Positions 10,777-18,182 of a stretch of 30,915 nt of DNA are shown here, in pieces. Position 1 is the first letter of the stretch. The number at the start of each line of letters is the position of its first letter. The notes beneath the pieces were generated by a model that had not been told where the DNA came from, searched no databases, and was given only the letters and a program-made list of their open reading frames with translations. The DNA comes from Bacillota bacterium. GTDB taxonomy: Bacteria; Bacillota; Halanaerobiia; Halobacteroidales; Acetohalobiaceae. Made by a program: the position numbers and the translations under genes. The stretch spans positions 1-30,915 of the forward strand of contig JBNJEL010000008.1 in assembly GCA_051745835.1 (NCBI GenBank), read 5' to 3'.

Positions 10777-11433
10777 ATGGCTAGGAGAAGAAGACCACCT
10801 GCAGAAGAGAACACTCAAGGAAAGACTGCAAAGTCCAAACGCGAATCTAAGGAAGTTAAAACAACAGATAAGTGTCAGTCAGAAGAGATAGTTAATAACG
10901 ATAACAAAGAGAAGAAAGCTACTACGCAGCAGGTAACAGAGAATGATTCTCAAGCACAGTTGCAGCGTAGAGTTAGTCCTAATTCTAAACACAACAAGCA
11001 AGATAGTCCAGTGGAATTAGTAAGATCTAAATTAAATGGAGTTGTATCAGACTTAAGGTCGTTTACTAATGATATAGACCAGATAGTTAATTTAGTTAAT
11101 ACAATTGAGCAGATTGGGCCGTTAGTGCAGAACTTAAGCAAGTTACAAAGTGAGGTAAAACAGCAGTCGCCTCAAGAGCAGAGTAAGGAGCAAGATTTAG
11201 ACTTACAGCAGGTATTAGCTAAGTCTGATCTAAATGTAGCTGACTTACTATCTGATTCTGATGTGGATATAGAAGATCTGTTAAGCTCTGTATCTCAGCA
11301 GTCTACAACTGAGCGTACCAAACAAGTTGATAAGTCAACAGAGCAGTCAGAATCAGATTCAGGATTAAATAATCTTGATAAATCAGAGCTAGGAGATCTA
11401 CTCACAAAGTTACTTAATGAAAAATTAAGCTAA
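10777..11433 (+). CDS. Acidic, Q/S-rich low-complexity protein with N-terminal MARRRRPP; unknown function
   Basis: 218 aa, strong RBS (AAAGGGGGGAG), probably disordered with DLLS-type short repeats. A CATAGTATA sequence (10716-10724) about 50 nt upstream resembles a mother-cell sigma-K/E -10 element; that promoter reading is speculative. Confidence 0.5.
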   Translation: MARRRRPPAEENTQGKTAKSKRESKEVKTTDKCQSEEIVNNDNKEKKATTQQVTENDSQAQLQRRVSPNSKHNKQDSPVELVRSKLNGVVSDLRSFTNDIDQIVNLVNTIEQIGPLVQNLSKLQSEVKQQSPQEQSKEQDLDLQQVLAKSDLNVADLLSDSDVDIEDLLSSVSQQSTTERTKQVDKSTEQSESDSGLNNLDKSELGDLLTKLLNEKLS

Positions 11434-11446
11434 TAACTATAAGTTA

Positions 11447-11470
11447 GCGGTAAGGCAAATGCCTTACCGC
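11447..11470. terminator. Strong GC hairpin between convergent genes (bidirectional terminator)
   Basis: GCGGTAAGGC-aaat-GCCTTACCGC perfect 10-bp stem. Confidence 0.6.
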
Positions 11471-11481
11471 TAAAGTAATTA

Positions 11482-12804
11482 TTAAGCTCTTCTTCGTTTG
11501 GCTAGTTTGATTGAATTAACAGCATTGACTAATCCGGCACCTTGTTTTTCGGCTGCTACAGATTGGAGAGGTTTTGCTCCGGCTAATAAGAGTCTTTTAA
11601 TTTGCTGGGGTGTGATTTGATCGAACATACTTAGCAATAAAGCAGTTACTCCGCTAACGTGTGGGGCTGCCATTGAAGTACCATCTAACTCTTTGAATTG
11701 ATTATCTTTCCAGGTTGATTCGATATTGACTCCGGGAGCTACCAAGTCCAATCCTGAACCATAATTACTAAACTCTGCTAATTGATTCTCTTTATCAACT
11801 GCTCCAACAGAGATAACTTCTGGGTAGCGAGCTGGAAATTGTAGAGGTGTAGTTCCATCATTGCCGGCTGCTGCTATCATAATAATTCCTGCTTCATTGG
11901 CTTTAGTGATAGCTTCTTTGAGAGTCTGATTATCCTCTTTTACGCCAAAGCTCATATTTAAAATTTGGATCTCTTGTTCAATACTCCAGTAAATTCCTTC
12001 AATTAGCGAGGATATTCTAGCCGTACCATTCTGGTTAAAGGTTTTAATCGGATATAGCTCAATCTCTGGTGCTACACCTAAGATGCCGATACCATTTCTG
12101 CGAGCGCTAATAATGCCTGATACATGAGTTCCGTGACCATGAGGGTCATTCGGTAACTGATTAGGATTGATTATATTCTTTCCTTCCTGCACTGGAATTA
12201 GGTCATAGTGAGTAAGATCAATACCAGTGTCGACGACTCCTATCTTAATCTTATTTAAGTTAGACCAGCCTGCTGTACCTTGCACACTCTTAACACCCCA
12301 TGGTACTTGATCTTGGCAGGGATGCTCATCACACCTTTTCTTATTAGAATTATTAATTTCTAAAATTAGATCTTCATCTACTCGCTTAACTCCTGAAGTA
12401 GAATTAACTTCATTAATGTGAGGTTCATCATTTAGTTGACAGACATAGCCATTGACTAAAGGTAACTGCTTAATTATTTGTCCACCTCGATTAGAAATTC
12501 TAGCTTTTAATTCATCTTCGTTTAGCTGACCATCACAGATTACTATATGTTGAGAGAAGTTATCTTCATTTTCACTGGCAGTTAGATTATCCTCCGGAGA
12601 TTGAGATTTTGGTTGGGCTTTATTTCGGTGTTGAGGGTTATTTCCAGTTTCTATCTTAGAATTTTTCTCTTGTGCTTGAGGGCAAGAATAAGAGTGAGAT
12701 TGGTGATGACTGGATGTGTTAATTGGTGTTAGCTGATCTATGATTAATATAGTAATAACAAGTTCTAGAATATGAGTTTTATTTGAGTCTTTACTCATTT
12801 CCAT
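11482..12804 (-). CDS. Secreted or membrane-anchored subtilisin-like serine protease (peptidase S8)
   Basis: N-terminal hydrophobic signal/anchor. Catalytic triad motifs VVDTGID (Asp), HGTHVSG (His) and GTSMAAPHVSG (Ser) are all intact; GGAGGTG RBS. Confidence 0.85.
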   Translation of the reverse strand: MEMSKDSNKTHILELVITILIIDQLTPINTSSHHQSHSYSCPQAQEKNSKIETGNNPQHRNKAQPKSQSPEDNLTASENEDNFSQHIVICDGQLNEDELKARISNRGGQIIKQLPLVNGYVCQLNDEPHINEVNSTSGVKRVDEDLILEINNSNKKRCDEHPCQDQVPWGVKSVQGTAGWSNLNKIKIGVVDTGIDLTHYDLIPVQEGKNIINPNQLPNDPHGHGTHVSGIISARRNGIGILGVAPEIELYPIKTFNQNGTARISSLIEGIYWSIEQEIQILNMSFGVKEDNQTLKEAITKANEAGIIMIAAAGNDGTTPLQFPARYPEVISVGAVDKENQLAEFSNYGSGLDLVAPGVNIESTWKDNQFKELDGTSMAAPHVSGVTALLLSMFDQITPQQIKRLLLAGAKPLQSVAAEKQGAGLVNAVNSIKLAKRRRA

Positions 12805-12947
12805 TACACCTCCTTCTTATAATTATTATCGTTATATAGTATGTAATCAGTTCTGATATTGGGAACTAATTCTTATGATTAATAAGAGCTAAGCGGCTTA
12901 CATATTATTTTAGTAGCAGATTAAATCCAAGAAGGAGTGATAATAAA

Positions 12948-13397
12948 ATGGAGCTAGATAATTTTAAGCGATCTAATTCTAAGGTGAAGATTAAAGGGAC
13001 GCACTTTCAAAGAAATAAAGATAAGTTACAAGAAGAGTTAACGACTAATCAGGAGAGTATTTATGGAAGTAGTGAACTTAATGTGGAGAGTTTGGAATCA
13101 AGTAAGGAAACTAAATTATTTGAGTTTGATCCTAGCGAGGATAGTGATAATAGTCTTGTTTTTGAGCCACAAATTCAGGAAGTAGCGATTATGGATAACT
13201 GTTCTCAACTTAAGAGTAATTTAGAAGCGGTGGCGTTACAGACAGAATCGGTGGCTAATGGTTTAGACGAAGTAGTTGAAGAAGTACAAGCTACAGAAGA
13301 GACTCAAATAGAAGATACAGATAGCGTCTTACTCAATAAGATTATTATTATCTTTATTCTTAAGATCTTAATTGAAAAATTACCACTAGAGGATTAA
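12948..13397 (+). CDS. Acidic protein ending in a YjcZ-like hydrophobic tail (paralog A of the tandem family)
   Basis: 149 aa; E/S/D-rich N-terminus; C-terminus LLNKIIIIFILKILIEKL resembles the tail of neighbouring paralogs; AAGGAGTGA RBS. Confidence 0.5.
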   Translation: MELDNFKRSNSKVKIKGTHFQRNKDKLQEELTTNQESIYGSSELNVESLESSKETKLFEFDPSEDSDNSLVFEPQIQEVAIMDNCSQLKSNLEAVALQTESVANGLDEVVEEVQATEETQIEDTDSVLLNKIIIIFILKILIEKLPLED

Positions 13398-13485
13398 ATT
13401 ATTATTTTTTCTCACACTTTAGTTAGTAATTCATATGATGAAGTAAGAATGATGCTAGGTACTTAAGTGTGAAAGGGGGGATAGC

Positions 13486-13737
13486 ATGACAGAAGATACC
13501 TCTCAAGAACAGAGTAGAGAATCAGAAGAACAAGATGTAGGGTCTGAAGTAACGGAGCTTAAAGAGAGAGTAGCAGATGAGTCGCCGGAAGAAGCGGTAG
13601 TTGAAGATAGTGCAGCTATGCAGTCTACTAGCAATAACAGGCTGGGAAGTATGCTAGATTCTAATGGGATTATTGAGTTAATTTTGGTAGTCTTTATTTT
13701 GAAGTTTTTATTTGATGATGGTTCACTATTAGGCTAG
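13486..13737 (+). CDS. Acidic protein with YjcZ-like C-terminal TM segment (paralog B)
   Basis: 83 aa; C-terminus NGIIELILVVFILKFLFDDG shares the I-E-L-I-x-V-V-F-I-L core with ORFs at 14274, 14435 and 14588; AAAGGGGGG RBS. Confidence 0.55.
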   Translation: MTEDTSQEQSRESEEQDVGSEVTELKERVADESPEEAVVEDSAAMQSTSNNRLGSMLDSNGIIELILVVFILKFLFDDGSLLG

Positions 13738-13771
13738 TGGGTACTTAATTCTAATTGAAGGAGGCGGCTGT

Positions 13772-13966
13772 ATGAGTGATGATAATTCTTTAGAAGAGAT
13801 TAAATCGTTGATCAATAATTTTGAAAAATTTCTTTCAGATGATAATAGTAAGGTGATTAATCAAATCTTTAATGAGATCGATAATTCAGCTAGTGATCAA
13901 CAGCGATTAGAGGAGTTGATTTCTCGCTTGGCTGGTCAGAATAATATTGATCTATCAGATTTATAA
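13772..13966 (+). CDS. Small acidic protein (DDNS repeats), no hydrophobic tail; possibly a tail-less relative of the neighbouring family
   Basis: 64 aa, GGAGG RBS, followed by terminator 14003-14039. Confidence 0.4.
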   Translation: MSDDNSLEEIKSLINNFEKFLSDDNSKVINQIFNEIDNSASDQQRLEELISRLAGQNNIDLSDL

Positions 13967-14002
13967 TTAGTGGGTAATAAACAGGTATTAATTTGATATA
14001 GC

Positions 14003-14039
14003 AGTTAGGGATTTTTATTAAGCCCCTAACTCTTTTTTT
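14003..14039 (+). terminator. Rho-independent terminator
   Basis: AGTTAGGG-loop-CCCTAACT followed by CTTTTTTT. Confidence 0.7.
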
Positions 14040-14071
14040 ATATTCATTATTCTTAAAGGAGGGACGGGTTG

Positions 14072-14200
14072 ATGGGGTTACTTAAGGAATTTGATGGTGA
14101 TAAGTTAATTGATTTACTAGTAATTTTTTTAGTGCTCTTAATTTTATCTAATAACTGTAATCAGGGGCGTTTTGGCGGACTCTTTGCGACAGAAGTATGA
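14072..14200 (+). CDS. YjcZ-like tiny hydrophobic sporulation-family protein (42 aa; below ORF-track cutoff)
   Basis: MGLLKEFDGDKLIDLLVIFLVLLILSNNCNQGRFGGLFATEV; AAGGAGGG RBS 8 nt upstream; Gly/Cys-rich end plus hydrophobic core as in the YjcZ/TIGR01732 family. Confidence 0.55.
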   Translation: MGLLKEFDGDKLIDLLVIFLVLLILSNNCNQGRFGGLFATEV

Positions 14201-14273
14201 TTTTTTAAGAAAATTTATCACACTTAAGGTAGTATTGACATATGATATGGTAGATTAAGAAAGGAGGGAGCAT

Positions 14274-14378
14274 ATGTCTAGTAGATTCTTTAACAACAGT
14301 AGCGCAATAGAGTTAATTATAGTTATTCTAATCTTACAGGAAGTAGGTGAGAGAGTGTTCTGTGGTTGGGATTTCTAG
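14274..14378 (+). CDS. YjcZ-like tiny hydrophobic protein (34 aa)
   Basis: MSSRFFNNSSAIELIIVILILQEVGERVFCGWDF; AAGGAGGGAG RBS. Confidence 0.5.
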   Translation: MSSRFFNNSSAIELIIVILILQEVGERVFCGWDF

Positions 14379-14434
14379 TTTTTACATAGAGTGTGAAGTG
14401 GAATGGTGATTAAGGTTGGAAAGGAGGTTAGAGT

Positions 14435-14548
14435 ATGGGGTATGATTGTGATGAGAATAATAGTTGCTCCTGCTTTATTGAATTAATAGTAGTTGTTTTC
14501 TTACTTGATTGTCTATGTTTTGGAGGGTTCTTTGGTGGACGTGATTAG
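14435..14548 (+). CDS. YjcZ-like tiny Cys/Gly-rich hydrophobic protein (37 aa)
   Basis: MGYDCDENNSCSCFIELIVVVFLLDCLCFGGFFGGRD; AAAGGAGG RBS. Confidence 0.55.
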   Translation: MGYDCDENNSCSCFIELIVVVFLLDCLCFGGFFGGRD

Positions 14549-14587
14549 TTGTGGAGATTATAAATTACAAAAAGGTGGTGATAGATT

Positions 14588-14722
14588 ATGGCTAACTTAA
14601 CTGATGGTGGTGAGATTGATAGTTTCTTTGGCGGAATTAGTATTGAGTTAATTCTACTCTTTTTAGTTATCTTCCTTTTTTTAGGTGATGGTGGATTAGG
14701 TGGTTTATTAGGTACTGAATAG
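14588..14722 (+). CDS. YjcZ-like tiny Gly-rich hydrophobic protein (44 aa)
   Basis: MANLTDGGEIDSFFGGISIELILLFLVIFLFLGDGGLGGLLGTE; AAAGGTGGTG RBS. It resembles the GGGFALIVVLFILLIIVG core of Bacillus YjcZ. Confidence 0.55.
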   Translation: MANLTDGGEIDSFFGGISIELILLFLVIFLFLGDGGLGGLLGTE

Positions 14723-14743
14723 ATAAATTATAATTATTATTTT

Positions 14744-14776
14744 AAAGAGCCAACTAGTTTTTCTAGTTGGCTCTTT
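14744..14776. terminator. Bidirectional hairpin terminator between the small-protein array (+) and cotJC (-)
   Basis: AGAGCCAACTAG-ttttt-CTAGTTGGCTCT perfect inverted repeat with A/T flanks on both sides. Confidence 0.75.
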
Positions 14777-14782
14777 ATCTAT

Positions 14783-15358
14783 TTAGCAGTCTTTAGACTG
14801 TTTATCTAAATATTCTTGGACAATATTTAATGTTTCACCAAAGCGTTGAAAATGGACTACTTCCCGCTCCCTTAAAAAGCTTAATGTATCAATTACTCCT
14901 GGATCATTACTAAGATTAATTAAGTTTTCATAGGTGGCTCGTGCCTTCTGTTCGGCAGCTAGATTTTCGTGTAGTGTGGCAACCGGATCTTCGTGTGATT
15001 GGATATAGGATGCAGTCCATGGTGATCCTGCTGCATCATGAGGATATAAGGCCTTGCCGTGTTGAGCATAGTGAGCCCCCAAACCTATATCTCTTAGCTC
15101 CTGGATAGGAACGCCCTCAGTTAGCTTGTAGATTAAAGTTCCTAATATTTCCCAGTGAGCGAGTTCTTCAGTGCCAATGTCAGTTAAAGTTGCCTTAGCT
15201 TCATCGGTAGGAATAGTATAGCGCTGAGTTAAATAGCGAATTCCGGCTGATAATTCACTATCTGGTCCGCCGTATTGAGCGTAGAGATATTTAGCCATTT
15301 CTAAATCATTCTTCTTTACTTCTACTCCATATTGGAGCTTTTTTTCATACATCCACAT
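14783..15358 (-). CDS. cotJC: Spore coat protein CotJC (manganese-catalase family)
   Basis: MWMYEKKLQYGVEVKKNDLEMAKYLYAQYGG... closely parallels the B. subtilis CotJC N-terminus (MWVYEKKLQYP...); AAGGAGG RBS. Confidence 0.9.
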   Translation of the reverse strand: MWMYEKKLQYGVEVKKNDLEMAKYLYAQYGGPDSELSAGIRYLTQRYTIPTDEAKATLTDIGTEELAHWEILGTLIYKLTEGVPIQELRDIGLGAHYAQHGKALYPHDAAGSPWTASYIQSHEDPVATLHENLAAEQKARATYENLINLSNDPGVIDTLSFLREREVVHFQRFGETLNIVQEYLDKQSKDC

Positions 15359-15373
15359 AATTATAACCTCCTT

Positions 15374-15667
15374 TTAATAATTAATCTGCCACGGCCAAGG
15401 ACTGTCAATATAAGTCCAAAGATATCGCCCCTGCTGTTCAGAGCAGTTGGAATACCAAGGATACTCTTTATTACAGCATCTAGCTGTAAGTGGCCCATAT
15501 TCTTGATGATAGGTTCTCTTTAAGTCCTTTAGTTTACAGGCATAGTACTGCTGATCTTCTAAAGCATCTTCATCACAGGGGTGAGTATTGAGATAGAGGC
15601 TAAATTCTAGCACGATAAACTCTAGAGCCATAATCTTTTTAAGCAGTTCTAACTCTTGTCTGTTCAT
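15374..15667 (-). CDS. cotJB: Spore coat protein CotJB
   Basis: LEFIVLEFSLYLNTHP...YGPL...SPWPWQ motifs characteristic of CotJB; AGGAGGTG RBS. Confidence 0.85.
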   Translation of the reverse strand: MNRQELELLKKIMALEFIVLEFSLYLNTHPCDEDALEDQQYYACKLKDLKRTYHQEYGPLTARCCNKEYPWYSNCSEQQGRYLWTYIDSPWPWQINY

Positions 15668-15693
15668 TCTTTCACCTCCTTATTAATTAAGTC

Positions 15694-15891
15694 TTAATAT
15701 TTTTTGCGTTGATAAGGCTGATACAATTCTGGAAAAGCAGTGCCTTTTTGTAAAGCTATTTGGGGTTCATAATGTTCCTTATAACTTTGAAATGGAATGT
15801 AGGCTCGAGCTAAGCGGTGGTTAGGGTAGTGATCATAATCATCCCAATTATTTTTAGGTTCTAATTCTAAATCTAACTCTTGATCAGACAT
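15694..15891 (-). CDS. cotJA: Spore coat protein CotJA
   Basis: ...ARAYIPFQSY...ALQKGTAFPELYQPY matches the CotJA signature (KGT-hydrophobic-PxLY). Likely start is the ATG at 15891 (GGGAGGTG + 6 nt); the GTG at 15900 listed in the ORF track lies inside the SD. Confidence 0.8.
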   Translation of the reverse strand: MSDQELDLELEPKNNWDDYDHYPNHRLARAYIPFQSYKEHYEPQIALQKGTAFPELYQPYQRKKY

Positions 15892-16031
15892 AGATTTCAC
15901 CTCCCTTATTAAGCTAATATATCTTATTCAGTTACTAATGTTTCGTTAAAGGAATCTACTTAATCTGGTAAAAGAATAGGTTTAGAGTTGGTAGTATACT
16001 TCAGGCGCAATGTACTTATCATAAGAGTAAA

Positions 16032-17021
16032 TTGATTAAGGAGGAGATTAAGCTGGTTATTAAGCGTGATGGAGCTAAGATAGCTATTATTGGAACCGGA
16101 TTAGTAGGTTCGACGATTGCTTTTACACTAATGGTTGATGATTTAGCATCAGAAATTCTATTAGTCGATATTGACCAGGAGAAGGCAGAAGGTGAAGCTA
16201 TGGATTTACGACATGGGGCTTCATTTGTTAGTCCAGTAGATATTAAGATTGGAGATTATAGTGATTGTCAGGATGCGGATATTATTATTATTACGGCTGG
16301 TGCTAAACAGAAGGCTGATGAGAGCAGACTGGATTTAACGAAGAAGAATACTGCAATCTTTAAAGATTTAATTCCTCAATTAACTACTAATATTAATAGC
16401 GATACCTTGTTATTAGTGGTGACTAATCCAGTAGATATTCTCTCTTATGTTGCTTGGAAGTTATCGGGATTGCCGGCGTGTCAGGTAATAGGGTCCGGGA
16501 CAGTCTTAGATAGTTCGAGGCTGCGTTATACATTAAGTCAACGCTGTAATATCGATGCTCGAAATATCCACGGCTATATTATCGGTGAGCATGGCGATAG
16601 TGAAGTGCCGGTTTGGAGTGCTACTAATATTGTTGGTGATTCATTTGATAATTTTTATCGCACCTGTGACCAAGATTATACCGTTCAGGATAAAGAAGAG
16701 ATTATGAATCAGATTAGAGATGCTGCTTATGAAATTATTGAGAAGAAGGGAGCTACTTATTATGCGATTGCTTTAGCTGTGGAGCGGATTGTAAAGGCAA
16801 TTATCCGTAATGAGAACTCAATTTTAACTATTTCTACATTGCTACAAGGTGAGTATGGATTAGAAGATATCTACTTAAGTCTACCCTGTATCGTCAATCG
16901 TAGTGGAGTGCAAAAAGCAGTAGCAATGGAGTTAGCGACAAAGGAGGAAGAAGCTCTCTGTAAGTCAGCTCAAGTATTAGAGGAGCTAATTAATGAGTTA
17001 GAAGTTTCATCTTTTTTATAG
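16032..17021 (+). CDS. ldh: L-lactate dehydrogenase (LDH/MDH superfamily)
   Basis: IAIIGTGLVGSTIAF Rossmann motif; catalytic IGEHGDSEVPVWS region. The track start at 16032 is TTG and the AAGGAGGAG SD lies downstream of it, so the true initiation codon may be a few codons further in. Confidence 0.85.
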   Translation: MIKEEIKLVIKRDGAKIAIIGTGLVGSTIAFTLMVDDLASEILLVDIDQEKAEGEAMDLRHGASFVSPVDIKIGDYSDCQDADIIIITAGAKQKADESRLDLTKKNTAIFKDLIPQLTTNINSDTLLLVVTNPVDILSYVAWKLSGLPACQVIGSGTVLDSSRLRYTLSQRCNIDARNIHGYIIGEHGDSEVPVWSATNIVGDSFDNFYRTCDQDYTVQDKEEIMNQIRDAAYEIIEKKGATYYAIALAVERIVKAIIRNENSILTISTLLQGEYGLEDIYLSLPCIVNRSGVQKAVAMELATKEEEALCKSAQVLEELINELEVSSFL

Positions 17022-17022
17022 T

Positions 17023-17051
17023 TTGACAGTTAAAAGTCAGAGTGCTATAAT
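17023..17051 (+). promoter_or_regulatory. Consensus sigma-A promoter TTGACA-17-TATAAT directly after the ldh stop
   Basis: TTGACA 17023-17028, 17-nt spacer, TATAAT 17046-17051; about 230-nt leader before the CsoR-family gene. Confidence 0.6.
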
Positions 17052-17056
17052 TACTG

Positions 17057-17074
17057 ATACAGGGTATGGGTATA
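17057..17074 (+). promoter_or_regulatory. Candidate CsoR-type operator (ATAC-AGGGTATGGG-TATA, G-tract pseudo-palindrome) just downstream of the -10
   Basis: Resembles the ATACCC-N-GGGGTAT type operators of CsoR-family repressors; it sits around the +1 region of the promoter above. Confidence 0.3.
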
Positions 17075-17282
17075 AGATAATAATGATAAATAGTTGAGAG
17101 TTAAATATTGTAGTAGATGGTATGATCTGTTCAGCCTGTGCTAATTGGAGAGTGATTTCAGCTACAGTTTATGATTATGATGTTTTTTGAAGTTGATTGG
17201 CTATTCAAATTCGGGATTGTAGTTAACGTAAAATTTCGATATAATAAGATAGAAATTAATAAGTTAAGGAGGAATTGCGGTC

Positions 17283-17576
17283 GTGTCAGATCAAATTGAG
17301 GAAAATTCTTATAGTCAGCAGCAAGAAGAGTTGATTACGCGGTTAAAGCGAATTGAAGGACAAGTACGAGGTATCCAACGGATGATTGATGAAGGTAAGT
17401 ACTGTGTAGATGTCTTAACTCAAGTTGCAGCTGCTAAAGCTGCTTTAAATAAAGTAGGTCTATCTATTCTTGAAGACCATACTCACGGCTGTGTTAAAAG
17501 AGCTGTGGCAGAAGGAGAGCATGGTGAAGAAATTATAGATGAATTAATGGATGTTATCTCTAAATTTGCTAAGTAA
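17283..17576 (+). CDS. CsoR/RcnR-family metal-sensing transcriptional repressor
   Basis: DUF156 fold pattern ...RIEGQVRGIQRMIDEGKYCVDVLTQ...HTHGCV with the C-H-C ligand arrangement; GTG start with AAGGAGG upstream. Confidence 0.8.
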   Translation: MSDQIEENSYSQQQEELITRLKRIEGQVRGIQRMIDEGKYCVDVLTQVAAAKAALNKVGLSILEDHTHGCVKRAVAEGEHGEEIIDELMDVISKFAK

Positions 17577-17597
17577 AGGTTGAGGTGATTAGAAGTT

Positions 17598-18029
17598 ATG
17601 AGACAGTATGCCCAGATAGTAGAGACTAAAGATGATTTGGCTGTAGTAGAGATTAGACGTCATAGTAGTTGTGATAAGTGTGGGAAGTGTCAAGGGAATA
17701 AAGATATGGAGTTAGAAGTAAGTAATCCGATTGGGGCTCAAGAGGGAGATTTAGTAAGGATTGAGTTGCGCGATAAGAACTTATTAGGAGCTGCCTTAGT
17801 GGTCTATTTAGTACCGCTATTGAATCTGTTTTTAGGTTACTTTGTTGGTAGTTGGTTTAGTAAGCAATACGGCATCTTTAATCCTGAGGTTACAGGAGTG
17901 ATTAGTGGATTTATCTTTTTAGCGGTTTCCTTTTTAATTGCACGTAAGTATGGTGAAGTGGGTAAAGCACAGGGTAAGTACCAACCGGAGGTAAAGCGAG
18001 TTGTTAACCCGGCAATGGAGAATTTTTAG
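17598..18029 (+). CDS. RseC/MucC-family (SoxR-reducing-system-like) membrane protein with N-terminal Cys cluster
   Basis: CDKCGKCQG Cys cluster followed by two TM helices; architecture typical of the RseC_MucC family. Confidence 0.55.
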   Translation: MRQYAQIVETKDDLAVVEIRRHSSCDKCGKCQGNKDMELEVSNPIGAQEGDLVRIELRDKNLLGAALVVYLVPLLNLFLGYFVGSWFSKQYGIFNPEVTGVISGFIFLAVSFLIARKYGEVGKAQGKYQPEVKRVVNPAMENF

Positions 18030-18071
18030 TCTCTTTATTGAGGTCTTATAAGATAGTTTAGTGGTTGGGCT

Positions 18072-18107
18072 AGAGATCTATCCGGGGTGGGTAGATCTCT
18101 TTTTTTA
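18072..18107 (+). terminator. Rho-independent terminator
   Basis: AGAGATCTA-tccggggtggg-TAGATCTCT followed by TTTTTTT. Confidence 0.8.
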
Positions 18108-18182
18108 TTGTAAAAGTTTAATAAAAGGAGTTACTTTGTTTTTCTAGAATTAAAGATTAGAATAGAAGTTGATGGAGGCTGA

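Noticed and set aside
14235-14263. TTGACA hexamer upstream of the 14274 small ORF as a sigma-A promoter
   Set aside because: No acceptable -10 hexamer at 16-18 nt spacing. Sporulation-sigma promoters are more likely for this array but cannot be called confidently by eye.
12948-14722. Idea that the small Cys/Gly-rich peptides plus the nearby subtilase form a RiPP/lantibiotic cluster (LanP-like protease + precursors)
   Set aside because: No LanB/LanC/LanM, radical-SAM, YcaO or ABC-transporter genes anywhere nearby. The peptides instead match the YjcZ-type tiny sporulation protein pattern and sit beside cotJABC. The protease is separated from them by a terminator and is convergent with the acidic-protein gene.
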